Of a stretch of 64,000 nucleotides of DNA, positions 10,403 to 19,395 are shown one piece after another. Position numbers and translations under genes: made by a program. Origin of the DNA: an uncultured Actinomycetales bacterium (GTDB lineage: Bacteria; Actinomycetota; Actinomycetes; S36-B12); assembly GCA_913063435.1 (NCBI GenBank), contig CAJXYI010000001.1:77246-141245 (forward strand), in the 5' to 3' direction. How positions within the stretch are numbered: the stretch's first letter is position 1; every line of letters begins with the position of its first letter. Under the pieces are notes generated by a model. The model was given only the letters and a program-made list of their open reading frames with translations. It was not told where the DNA came from and did not search any database.

Positions 10403-11140
10403 GTGCCACAGCGTAGAGCGGCTAGGGTTGCCCGCGTGTTGTACTCCTTCTTCAAGCACGTCCTCATCGGTCCGTGGCTGCGCGTGCTGTTCCGCCCCTG
10501 GACCGAGGGCATGGAAGTGCTCCCGCAGAAGGGGGGCGCGATTCTGGCTAGCAATCACCTGTCGTTCTCAGATTCGTTCTTCCTGCCCCTGATGGCACGG
10601 CGACGAATCACATTTCTGGCCAAGGCCGAGTACTTCACCGGAAAGGGAATCAAGGGCCTGGTCAGCAAGGCGTTCTTCGCGGGAGTGGGCCAGGTGCCGA
10701 TCGACCGCTCCAGTGGTCGAGCATCCGAGGCGGCGATCAACACCGGGGTCCGGGTTCTCAACGGTGGTGGACTGCTCGGGATCTATCCCGAAGGGACGCG
10801 TACCGCTGACGGGAGGCTGTATCGCGGTCGCGTGGGTGTGGCCCGGATGGCTTTGGAAGCGGCAGCACCGGTGATTCCCGTCGCGATGATGGCGACGTAT
10901 GAAACCCAGCCTCCAGGACGGATCCGGCCACGTTTGCTGCGTGTGGGCGTCCGGTTCGGTCAGCCCCTCGATTTCCGCCGGTATGAGGGATTGGAAGGCG
11001 ATCGGTTCATCCTGCGCTCGATCACTGACGAGATCATGTATTCGCTCATGCGGTTATCGGGGCAGGAATACGTCGACATGTACGCGACTAAGGCGAAGGC
11101 GAAACGTGACCGGGCTGACGCGGAGGCGAACAGCGCCTAG
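10403..11140 (+). CDS. plsC: 1-acyl-sn-glycerol-3-phosphate acyltransferase (PlsC family)
   Basis: 245 aa. HX4D motif NHLSFSD and the IYPEGTR block. The exact start is uncertain. Confidence 0.8.
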   Translation: MPQRRAARVARVLYSFFKHVLIGPWLRVLFRPWTEGMEVLPQKGGAILASNHLSFSDSFFLPLMARRRITFLAKAEYFTGKGIKGLVSKAFFAGVGQVPIDRSSGRASEAAINTGVRVLNGGGLLGIYPEGTRTADGRLYRGRVGVARMALEAAAPVIPVAMMATYETQPPGRIRPRLLRVGVRFGQPLDFRRYEGLEGDRFILRSITDEIMYSLMRLSGQEYVDMYATKAKAKRDRADAEANSA

Positions 11141-12654
11141 CGTCCTGTCGTGCCGCCGGAGTCGTCGGCCGGTTCAGCCCAACCGCGACTGCGGTTCACA
11201 GCATCGCGCCATCGCTCCCGGGACAGTTGCGCGTCCAGGGATTGCGGCGTGAACCGATGGTCGACCTCACGTGACATGGCGATGTCCTGAGGGCTGGCCC
11301 ACACACCCGTGCCAAGGCCAGCCAGAAAGGCTGCACCGAGCCCGGTGCTTTGCAATTCGCGCGGACGCAGGACTTCGATATCGAGCAGGTCCGCCTGGAT
11401 CTGACACAGCAGATCATTGGCCGCTGCCCCGCCATCGACGTTGAGTTGACTCAGTGACACGTGCGCCTCACGCACCATGAGGTCGACGACGTCAGCTACC
11501 TCGAAGGCGATCCCCTCGAGGGTGGCCCGAGCGATGTGCCCAGCGGTCGTGCCGCGATTGATCCCGATGATCATGCCGCGGGCGTAGGGATCCCAGTCCG
11601 GCGCCCCCAGGCCTGTGAGGGCGGGAACGAAAACCACACCTGCGCTGTCGCCCACCGTGCGTGCGAGTTGTTCGACCTCGCTGGCCGAGGTGATGATCCC
11701 GAGTCCATCGCGCAGCCATTGAACGGCTGAACCGGTAACGAAGATCGCCCCTTCGAGGGCGAAGGTGCGACTGCCATCGGGTGCACCGAGTGCCACGGTG
11801 GTCAGCAGTCCTCCACCGGAACGCACGATCTTCGTCCCGGTGTTCACCAGCAGGAACGACCCGGTGCCGTAGGTGCATTTGGCGTCCCCACGATCGAAGC
11901 CCGCCTGACCGACCAATGCGGCCTGCTGATCCCCGGCTATTCCAGCGATGGGGATCTCCATGCCGAGGAAGGTCGCCGGATCAGTCATGGCGACGGGTCC
12001 GTAGGACGGCACGATCGAGGGGAGCGCATCGAGGGGAATGCCGAAGATGTCAGCGAGCTCGGGGCTGAACGAACCCGACTCCAAGTCGTACAGCAATGTC
12101 CGCGAGGCGTTCGTGGGATCGGTCACGTGGTGCAGGCCGCGGGTCATCCGGGCGATCAGGTAGGAGTCGACGGTGCCGATCGCCACCCGACCCGACTGCA
12201 CGTTCGACCAGGTGTCGCGATCGTGATCGCGCACCCAGGCGATCTTGGTTGCGCTGAAATAGGGATCCAGGCGCAGTCCGGTGCGGGCGCGAATGAGGGG
12301 CTCGTGCCCTGCATCGCGCAGTCGCTGGCAGTCGGCTGCGGTGCGGCGGTCCTGCCACACGATGGCGCGCCGTGGGGCTCCCAGGGTCTCCCGATCCCAG
12401 AAGCACACCGTCTCGCGCTGATTGGTGATGCCCACGGCACTGATGGACTCGGGGCTGGCCGCGAGTGCTGCCCCCGTTGCGGCCAGGGTCGCCGACCAGA
12501 TCTCGCCGGGATCATGCTCGACCCAACCGTCGGCGGGGAAGTGCTGAGGGAATTCCGCGTAGCCGCGAGCGAGCACTGCGGCGTCGGAACCGACGACCAG
12601 GGCGGTGACCCCCGTGGTGCCGGCATCGAGAGCGAGGATGGCCATGATCGACAC
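11137..12654 (-). CDS. glpK: glycerol kinase
   Basis: 505 aa FGGY kinase. LALDAGTTGV, ITNQRETVCFWD..AIVWQDRRTA. Confidence 0.9.
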   Translation of the reverse strand: MSIMAILALDAGTTGVTALVVGSDAAVLARGYAEFPQHFPADGWVEHDPGEIWSATLAATGAALAASPESISAVGITNQRETVCFWDRETLGAPRRAIVWQDRRTAADCQRLRDAGHEPLIRARTGLRLDPYFSATKIAWVRDHDRDTWSNVQSGRVAIGTVDSYLIARMTRGLHHVTDPTNASRTLLYDLESGSFSPELADIFGIPLDALPSIVPSYGPVAMTDPATFLGMEIPIAGIAGDQQAALVGQAGFDRGDAKCTYGTGSFLLVNTGTKIVRSGGGLLTTVALGAPDGSRTFALEGAIFVTGSAVQWLRDGLGIITSASEVEQLARTVGDSAGVVFVPALTGLGAPDWDPYARGMIIGINRGTTAGHIARATLEGIAFEVADVVDLMVREAHVSLSQLNVDGGAAANDLLCQIQADLLDIEVLRPRELQSTGLGAAFLAGLGTGVWASPQDIAMSREVDHRFTPQSLDAQLSRERWRDAVNRSRGWAEPADDSGGTTGR

Positions 12655-12781
12655 AGGGTAGACCTCTTCGACCGACTAGGGTGGTCGAGTAAGCGTGTAC
12701 ATGGCGCATGCGTGCACGGTTCGCACCCGTGTGCGGGCATGTGTCCGGAAGTGAATCGACGGACCTCGAAGGAGTCTCCCG

Positions 12782-13807
12782 ATGCGAGTAGGTGTGCTCA
12801 CCGGTGGGGGCGATTGCCCCGGCCTCAATGCGGTGATCCGTGCGGTGGTGCGCAAGGGGGTGGGTGAATACGGCTTCGAATTCGTGGGATTCAAGGACGG
12901 CTGGCGGGGTCCGCTGGAGGCCGACACCATGCCCTTGGACGTGGCCAGCGTGCGCGGGATCCTGCCCCGGGGAGGGACGATCCTCGGCTCCTCGCGAACC
13001 AACCCGTTCAAGGTCGAAGGGGGTGTTGAACGCATCGAGGCGAACTTCGCCAGTCTGGGAGTCGACGCGCTCATCGCGATCGGCGGGGAGGACACCCTCG
13101 GTGTCGCGACGAAACTGGCCGATCACGGACTTCCGGTCATCGGCGTGCCCAAGACCATCGACAATGATCTCAACGCGACCGACTACACCTTCGGCTTCGA
13201 CACGGCGGTCACCATCGCGACCGAGGCGATCGATCGGCTGCACACCACGGCGGAGTCGCACCATCGGGTTCTGGTCATCGAGGTGATGGGTCGCCATGCC
13301 GGTTGGATCGCGCTGCACTCGGGCATGGCGGGTGGGGCCAATGGGATCTTGATTCCCGAGGTTCCCTTCGACCTCGACGAGGTGTGCGGGTGGGTGGAAA
13401 GCAGGTTCCAGTCGTCCTACGCGCCGATCATCTGCGTTGCCGAGGGTGCCCTACCCACAGACGGTGACCTGATCACCAAGGACGCCAGTCGAGACGCCTT
13501 CGGCCACGTGAAACTGTCCGGCATCGGGGATTGGCTGGCCGCGGCCATCGAGGATCGCACAGGCAAGGAGTCCCGGGCTGCGGTCCTCGGCCACATCCAA
13601 CGCGGCGGATCACCGACAGCGTTCGATCGTGTGCTGGCGACGAGGTTCGGTCTGAGCGCGATCGACGCGATTCACGATGGTGACCACGGGAAGATGGTCG
13701 CCCTACGAGGAACCGACATCGTGCGCGTTCCGCTGGCCGATGCCACCGGTGAATTGAAGACCGTCCCGCTGGCTCGCTATGCCGAGGCCAGTGCGTTTTT
13801 CGGCTGA
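12782..13807 (+). CDS. pfkA: 6-phosphofructokinase (ATP- or PPi-dependent not resolved)
   Basis: 341 aa. MRVGVLTGGGDCPGLNAVIRAVV, IGGEDTL, PKTIDNDL. Confidence 0.9.
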   Translation: MRVGVLTGGGDCPGLNAVIRAVVRKGVGEYGFEFVGFKDGWRGPLEADTMPLDVASVRGILPRGGTILGSSRTNPFKVEGGVERIEANFASLGVDALIAIGGEDTLGVATKLADHGLPVIGVPKTIDNDLNATDYTFGFDTAVTIATEAIDRLHTTAESHHRVLVIEVMGRHAGWIALHSGMAGGANGILIPEVPFDLDEVCGWVESRFQSSYAPIICVAEGALPTDGDLITKDASRDAFGHVKLSGIGDWLAAAIEDRTGKESRAAVLGHIQRGGSPTAFDRVLATRFGLSAIDAIHDGDHGKMVALRGTDIVRVPLADATGELKTVPLARYAEASAFFG

Positions 13808-13823
13808 CCGGTACTCTGGGGTT

Positions 13824-15149
13824 GTGTCTGATGTGACCTGGCCGGATCTCCCGGCCGCGCAGCAACCGGTGTGGCCCGATGGGGATCACCTCGAGCGGGT
13901 GCTCACCGAGTTGCGTGCGATGCCGCCCCTGGTGTTCGCCGGGGAATGCGACACGCTGACCGAGCAGCTCGGCAATGCCGCTCTGGGGGAGGCGTTCGTG
14001 CTCACCGGAGGAGATTGCGCCGAGACCTTCGCGGCCAATACGGCGGATTCGATTCGGGCGCGGTTGAAGACGGTGCTGCAGATGTCGGTCGTATTGACCT
14101 ATGCGGCTTCGCTCCCAGTGGTCAAGCTCGGCCGCGTCGCCGGTCAGTACTTCAAGCCCCGAAGCAATCCGATCGAGGTCCGTGGCGGGGTGGAACTGCC
14201 CAGTTATCTCGGGGATGCCGTCAACGCGCTCGATTTCACACCCGAATCACGCAGGCCCGATCCGGAACGGTTGCTGAAGGCCTATCACGCCTCTGGTTCG
14301 GCGTTGAATCTGATCCGCGCGTTCACTCAGGGTGGCTACGCCGACCTGCGGCAGGTGCACGCATGGAATACCGACTTCGTCCGCGATTCCACCGCGGGCC
14401 AACGCTATGAGCGGGTCGCAGGAGAGATCGATCGAGCCTTGAGGTTCATGCACGCCTGCGGAGCCGATCCCGAGGAATTCCACCGAGTCGACTTCTATGC
14501 GGCGCACGAGGCTTTGAGCCTGGTGTACGAGCGGGCACTGACGCGCATCGATTCCCGCACCGGAGCGCCCTATGACGTGTCGGGTCACTTTCTGTGGATC
14601 GGCGAACGCACCCGAGCCGTCGACGGTGCTCACGTGCACTTCGCGTCGACGATTCGCAATCCGGTCGGTGTCAAGGTGGGTCCTACCGCGTCGCCGGATG
14701 AGATCCTCGAGGTGGTCGAGCGGCTCGACCCGAATAAGACCCCCGGTCGTTTGACGTTGATCACCCGGATGGGTGCGGGCAAGGTCCGCGAGGCGCTGCC
14801 GGCGATCGTGCAGAAGGTCGAGGCCAGTGGACACCCGGTGCTGTGGGTGTGCGATCCGATGCACGGCAATACCTTCGAGGCATCCTCGGGTCACAAGACT
14901 CGCTCATTCGACGATGTGCTCGACGAGGTTCACGGGTTCTTCGACGTGCACCGCGGCCTCGGGACGATCCCGGGCGGGATCCATGTCGAACTGACCGGTG
15001 ATGACGTCACTGAATGCGTAGGTGGCACGGCGGGTGTCGCCGAGGATGGTCTGGGCGAGCGTTACGAGACGGCCTGCGACCCGCGATTGAATCGCGAACA
15101 GTCGCTGGAGCTGTCGTTCCTGGTCGCAGACATGCTCCTCAAGCGCTGA
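13824..15149 (+). CDS. aroG: class II 3-deoxy-7-phosphoheptulonate (DAHP) synthase
   Basis: ORF-track start 13779 overlaps the pfkA end, so it was trimmed to GTG 13824. Length and sequence (AQQPVWPD..., CDPMHGNT) are typical of class II DAHP synthase. Confidence 0.85.
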   Translation: MSDVTWPDLPAAQQPVWPDGDHLERVLTELRAMPPLVFAGECDTLTEQLGNAALGEAFVLTGGDCAETFAANTADSIRARLKTVLQMSVVLTYAASLPVVKLGRVAGQYFKPRSNPIEVRGGVELPSYLGDAVNALDFTPESRRPDPERLLKAYHASGSALNLIRAFTQGGYADLRQVHAWNTDFVRDSTAGQRYERVAGEIDRALRFMHACGADPEEFHRVDFYAAHEALSLVYERALTRIDSRTGAPYDVSGHFLWIGERTRAVDGAHVHFASTIRNPVGVKVGPTASPDEILEVVERLDPNKTPGRLTLITRMGAGKVREALPAIVQKVEASGHPVLWVCDPMHGNTFEASSGHKTRSFDDVLDEVHGFFDVHRGLGTIPGGIHVELTGDDVTECVGGTAGVAEDGLGERYETACDPRLNREQSLELSFLVADMLLKR

Positions 15150-15222
15150 CGAGCCTGGGTCCGATAAGCGCCTTCGACACTGGCGGCTCGAGAGTGCGCA
15201 GAGGTTGTGTTCCAGCGAACGA

Positions 15223-17130
15223 CTAGATGATCGTGATCGTCACGGTCGACCCGACCGGGATGAACGAACCTGCGCGGGGATCCTGGTTGATCACCCGATT
15301 CAGCGGGGTGAACGGACCCTCCTGGACATTGGCCACGAGCCCGAGGCTTTCGATCAACGCGACGGCCTCTTCGCGGAACATGTCGATCAGGTAGGGGACC
15401 TCGACCGGTGGAGGTCCTTTGGACACCACCAGGGTGACGGTTCCACCGACATCGACCTTCTCACCGGACGAGGGCACGCTGGAGATCACCGTCCCGGTGG
15501 AGTAGGCGGTGGAGAACTCCTCGGTGGTGTCCACCTGCAATCCTTCGGCAACCAAGGCTGCGGTGGCTTCCTCGACCGGTGTCCCGGTGAGATCGGGAAG
15601 CTCGACGGGCTGGGGCCCCTTGGAGATGACCAGATCCACCGTGCTGTCGGCCTTGAGCTCCTCCCCGGCCCCGGGAGTCGAGGAGACGACCTCGCCGGAG
15701 GGGATCACCGCGTCCCACTCATTGGAGATATCCCCTGCTCGCAATCCCGCAGCAGTCAACGCCTCGACTGCCTCCGCCTCCGTCAACCCGGTCAGGACCG
15801 GAACCGCGAATCGCTCCGGGCCGAGGGAGACTGTCACCGCAATCTCCGTGCCGGGTGAGACGGCAGATCCGGGCTCGGGATCGGCAGCCAGAACGACTCC
15901 TGCGGCAACGGTTTCGCTGTAGGCCTCCCCGGTCACCGTCATACTCAGGTCGTTCTGCGAGGCCAATTCCGTCGCTGCGGCGACATCGAGCCCAAGGACA
16001 CCCGGGACAGCGATGGTCCGACCCGGCCCTGCAGCGAGATACCAGGCGCCGAAGGCAGCCCCGGCGACCGCGCCCAATAGCAGCAGGACGGCGATGGCCG
16101 GACCCCATCGCCGGCGTCGAGCGGTGGACATCTCCGCGGTGTCGCCGGAGCCCTCCGATCGTGGTGTTCGGGAGCCCGGTCCTGGGTCGATGTTCTCCGT
16201 CGGGCGGTCCACCACCAGCGTGGCCGTTGGAGCTACCGGTTCGGTGTAGGTATCGGCTAGGGGTCGAGGAGGTTGGAGGGTGCGTCGGACCGAGCGAACG
16301 CGCTCGGTGAATTCGGCGCAATCGGCATAGCGCTGTGCGGGATCACGTCGTGTGGCGATCTCGACCAGGTCATCGACGTCGGCATCGATATCGGGTACCA
16401 GTGACGATGGTCGCGGAACGTCGGCGTTGACGTGTTGGTAGGCGACGCTCAACGGAGAGTCGCCCGCGAAGGGTACGGAGCCGGTGAGCATCTCGAACAG
16501 GCAGATCCCAGCGCCGTAGACATCCGAACGCGCATCGGAGGAGCCTTGCTCGACATGCTCGGGCGAGAGATAGGCGACCGTGCCGATGAGTAGTCCCTGG
16601 GTGGCGGTTGCAGCGGTGACGGCCCGGGCGAGCCCGAAGTCGGTGACCTTCACCCGACCGTCGTCGGATATCAGGATGTTCTCGGGTTTGACATCCCGGT
16701 GGACGAAACCGGCGGTGTGGGCTGCGCCGAGGGCCTCGAGAACGGGTTCCAGAACTGCCAGCGCCTGCGGCGCGGACAGTCGTCCATGCTGGTTGAGCAC
16801 GTCGCGCAGGGTGCGTCCGGCGACGAACTCCATGACCAGATAGGGGAGACCATCCGTCGTGCCCTGGTCGTGCACCGCGACGACATGCGGGTGGGACAGG
16901 GAGGCGGCTGCTTTGGCTTCGCGCCGAAACCGGTCGACGAAGGCATCGTCTTCGGCGAGAGAGGGATGCATGACCTTCAAGGCGACGGTCCGGTCGAGGC
17001 GCGAATCGAGCGCCTCGTAGACGGTGGCCATGCCGCCGCGGGCGATCCGCGCCCGGATCAGATAGCGCCCGTCGAGCTCGCGACCGACGAGAGCGTCGGT
17101 CGCGGCCGGTGGCGGCATAGTCGTCCCCAT
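15223..17130 (-). CDS. Ser/Thr protein kinase with one TM helix and four extracellular PASTA domains
   Basis: 635 aa. Kinase motifs (GGMATVY, HRDVKPENIL, DFGLA). C-terminal repeated PASTA-like units (VP.L.G....A...L...GL). Confidence 0.9.
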   Translation of the reverse strand: MGTTMPPPAATDALVGRELDGRYLIRARIARGGMATVYEALDSRLDRTVALKVMHPSLAEDDAFVDRFRREAKAAASLSHPHVVAVHDQGTTDGLPYLVMEFVAGRTLRDVLNQHGRLSAPQALAVLEPVLEALGAAHTAGFVHRDVKPENILISDDGRVKVTDFGLARAVTAATATQGLLIGTVAYLSPEHVEQGSSDARSDVYGAGICLFEMLTGSVPFAGDSPLSVAYQHVNADVPRPSSLVPDIDADVDDLVEIATRRDPAQRYADCAEFTERVRSVRRTLQPPRPLADTYTEPVAPTATLVVDRPTENIDPGPGSRTPRSEGSGDTAEMSTARRRRWGPAIAVLLLLGAVAGAAFGAWYLAAGPGRTIAVPGVLGLDVAAATELASQNDLSMTVTGEAYSETVAAGVVLAADPEPGSAVSPGTEIAVTVSLGPERFAVPVLTGLTEAEAVEALTAAGLRAGDISNEWDAVIPSGEVVSSTPGAGEELKADSTVDLVISKGPQPVELPDLTGTPVEEATAALVAEGLQVDTTEEFSTAYSTGTVISSVPSSGEKVDVGGTVTLVVSKGPPPVEVPYLIDMFREEAVALIESLGLVANVQEGPFTPLNRVINQDPRAGSFIPVGSTVTITII

Positions 17131-17250
17131 GATCTGTCGAGTCTAGGTTGCGCATGGGGGAAATCGGTGGAGGACACCGGCGGGTTCACGGGGTGGCATC
17201 CGTAGTGGGGTCCGTGTGCGTTCGCGGGATCGGACGGGCAGGATGGAGGG

Positions 17251-17718
17251 GTGAATGCGCGGGTGAACACCAGCATGACCGAGGCTGAAGTGGCCGATTT
17301 CTTGGATCAGGCCCGCACCATGATCCTGTGCACGATAGGTCCAGACGGAGTTCCCGATCCTGTGGGCATGTGGTTCGTCATCGTCGACGGCGAAATCTGG
17401 ATGCGCACCTACGCTCGGTCCCAGAAGGCGATCAACATCGAACGTGACGCACGGGTGTCGGTTCTCGTCGAGACGGGAGATACGTACGCCCAGTTGCGTG
17501 GAGTCCAGCTCACCGGACGCGTCGAAATGTCGCGAGAAGAGGATCTGATCTGCTCGATCGCCGCCGGCCTTCTCGTCAAGTACGAAGGTTTGCAGCCCGA
17601 GCATGTCGAAGCCGCCAAAGAGGCATACCGGGCGAAGGCCGGCAAGCAGGTGGCTTTCCGTCTGATCCCCGAACGCACAGTCTCCTGGGATCACCGCAAA
17701 CTCATCAGCGGATCGTGA
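17251..17718 (+). CDS. pyridoxamine 5'-phosphate oxidase-family (PPOX / F420-dependent class) protein
   Basis: 155 aa. TEAEVADFLDQARTMILCTIGPDGVPDPVGMWFV is typical of the split-barrel flavin/deazaflavin-binding fold. Alternative start ATG 17275. Confidence 0.65.
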   Translation: MNARVNTSMTEAEVADFLDQARTMILCTIGPDGVPDPVGMWFVIVDGEIWMRTYARSQKAINIERDARVSVLVETGDTYAQLRGVQLTGRVEMSREEDLICSIAAGLLVKYEGLQPEHVEAAKEAYRAKAGKQVAFRLIPERTVSWDHRKLISGS

Positions 17719-17725
17719 GTGCGCC

Positions 17726-18076
17726 GTGAAGTTGGCCTACCTCGGTGTTCTCGCGTTCATCCTCCTCGCGACCGGCTGGCTCGAGATCGTCTTGCGCACG
17801 AGGGTGTACCGACGCTGGAAACGACTCCTGATCACCATTGCCGTGCCCGTGGTGGTCTTCGTCATCTGGGATCTGTATGCGATCTCCGCAGGCCACTGGG
17901 GATTCGATTCGGACACGACGACCGGGATCGTGCTCCCCGGAAATCTTCCGATCGAGGAACTGCTGTTCTTCATCGTCATCCCCATCGCTTCGGTGCTGAG
18001 TCTCGAAGCAGTGCGCTCGGTGAAGTCATGGCCCGTGGGCGATGAAACGACGCACGCTGCGGGGGAATCCCGATGA
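17726..18076 (+). CDS. crtYc: lycopene cyclase domain protein, heterodimeric cyclase subunit
   Basis: 116 aa, 3 TM helices, PIEELLFF motif. ATGA overlap with the next subunit gene. Confidence 0.8.
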   Translation: MKLAYLGVLAFILLATGWLEIVLRTRVYRRWKRLLITIAVPVVVFVIWDLYAISAGHWGFDSDTTTGIVLPGNLPIEELLFFIVIPIASVLSLEAVRSVKSWPVGDETTHAAGESR

Positions 18077-18504
18077 CGTACACGCAACTCGCGGTCATCG
18101 GTGTCGTCGTCGTGGTGCTCATCGACCTGTTCGTCGCGCGCACCCGTCTCGTGACACGTCGGGCATTCTGGGTGCCCTACGCCATTATCGTGTTTTTCCA
18201 GCTGGTTACCAACGGGGTTCTCACCGGGTTCGCGATCGTGACCTACAACGGTGACGTGATCATCGGTGAGTCCACACCGGTGGATGGCCCGCCGCCGTTC
18301 ATCGGCGAAGGACGCCTGGCATTCGCGCCGGTGGAGGACCTGCTGTTCGGATTCGCACTCGTGCTGCTGTCCCTGGTGACGTGGGTGTGGTTGGGGCGGC
18401 GAGGAATCCAACGGACACCGTTGGCAGGTCCGCCGATCTGGCGGCGAGACCCTGAACACGCCAAGCCGGAAACGGCTTCAGGCAGCCGAGTGCCGGGCGC
18501 GTAG
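18073..18504 (+). CDS. crtYd: lycopene cyclase domain protein, second heterodimeric cyclase subunit
   Basis: 143 aa membrane protein with APVEDLLFGF motif. Confidence 0.8.
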   Translation: MTYTQLAVIGVVVVVLIDLFVARTRLVTRRAFWVPYAIIVFFQLVTNGVLTGFAIVTYNGDVIIGESTPVDGPPPFIGEGRLAFAPVEDLLFGFALVLLSLVTWVWLGRRGIQRTPLAGPPIWRRDPEHAKPETASGSRVPGA

Positions 18505-19395
18505 CGCACGCACCCAGGCAGGGCCCGCTACGGCGAGTCTCCGGCGCATCGGCACACTTGCGCGCTTCGTGAAGACCTCGTAGTCGATGTTCTCCACCTC
18601 ATCGACGATCCCGCAGTAGAGAACGCGCGCCGCTTCGATACACGGTTGCGAATCGGGGTGAAGCATCGTGATACCCGGTCGAGATCGTTCTTCCAGCATG
18701 CGCACCCGTGCAATCTGTTCACGAAGTGCGGATTTCACTGCGGGCGTTGCGATGCGGCGTTCGAGCACTTCGCGGGTGACACCGTGCCGATCTAGTTCCT
18801 CCAGGGGAAGATAGACACGTCCGCGATCGAGATCCTCTCCAACATCGCGGATGAAGTTCGCCAATTGGAAGGCCACACCCAGATCCTGCGCCCGCGCATA
18901 GGCTTCGGGGGCGGAGGGTTCGAGAATCGGCACCATCTGCAGGCCGATCACGGCCGCCGAACCGTAGACGTATTCGAACAGATCGTCGTAGGTGTCATAG
19001 GAGTCGACAGTCAAGTCCATGCGCATCGAGTGCAAGAAGGCCTCGAAGTGTTCGAGCGGGATGTCCCAGGTCAACACGGTGTCGACCACGGCGTGGCACA
19101 CCGGATCGGATGATCGCCCACGGCGGACGTCGGTGAGGAAGGTATCCCCCCACGTGCCCAGCCAGTCTGCCTTCTCTCGTTCGGTCAGTGTCGACGAGAG
19201 GTCATCGACGATCTCATCGGCATAGCGAGCGAAGCCATAGAGCGCGTGAACGAACGGCCTTTTCGCAGGTGGCAGGAGCAGGGTGGCGAGGTAGTAGGTC
19301 TTGCCGTGCGCGGCGTTGAGTTCGCGGCACCGTTCATACGAGGCGCGCAACTTGGGGTCGATAATCCCGGCAGCGGTCAATTCCCGGGCGCTCAC
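18478..19395 (-). CDS. crtB: phytoene synthase
   Basis: ORF-track 414 aa trimmed to GTG 19395, which forms a GTGA overlap with the upstream stop. Sequence YERCRELNAAHGKTYYLATLLLP..YGFARYADEIVDD, DVGEDLDRGRVYLP. Confidence 0.9.
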   Translation of the reverse strand: MSARELTAAGIIDPKLRASYERCRELNAAHGKTYYLATLLLPPAKRPFVHALYGFARYADEIVDDLSSTLTEREKADWLGTWGDTFLTDVRRGRSSDPVCHAVVDTVLTWDIPLEHFEAFLHSMRMDLTVDSYDTYDDLFEYVYGSAAVIGLQMVPILEPSAPEAYARAQDLGVAFQLANFIRDVGEDLDRGRVYLPLEELDRHGVTREVLERRIATPAVKSALREQIARVRMLEERSRPGITMLHPDSQPCIEAARVLYCGIVDEVENIDYEVFTKRASVPMRRRLAVAGPAWVRALRARHSAA

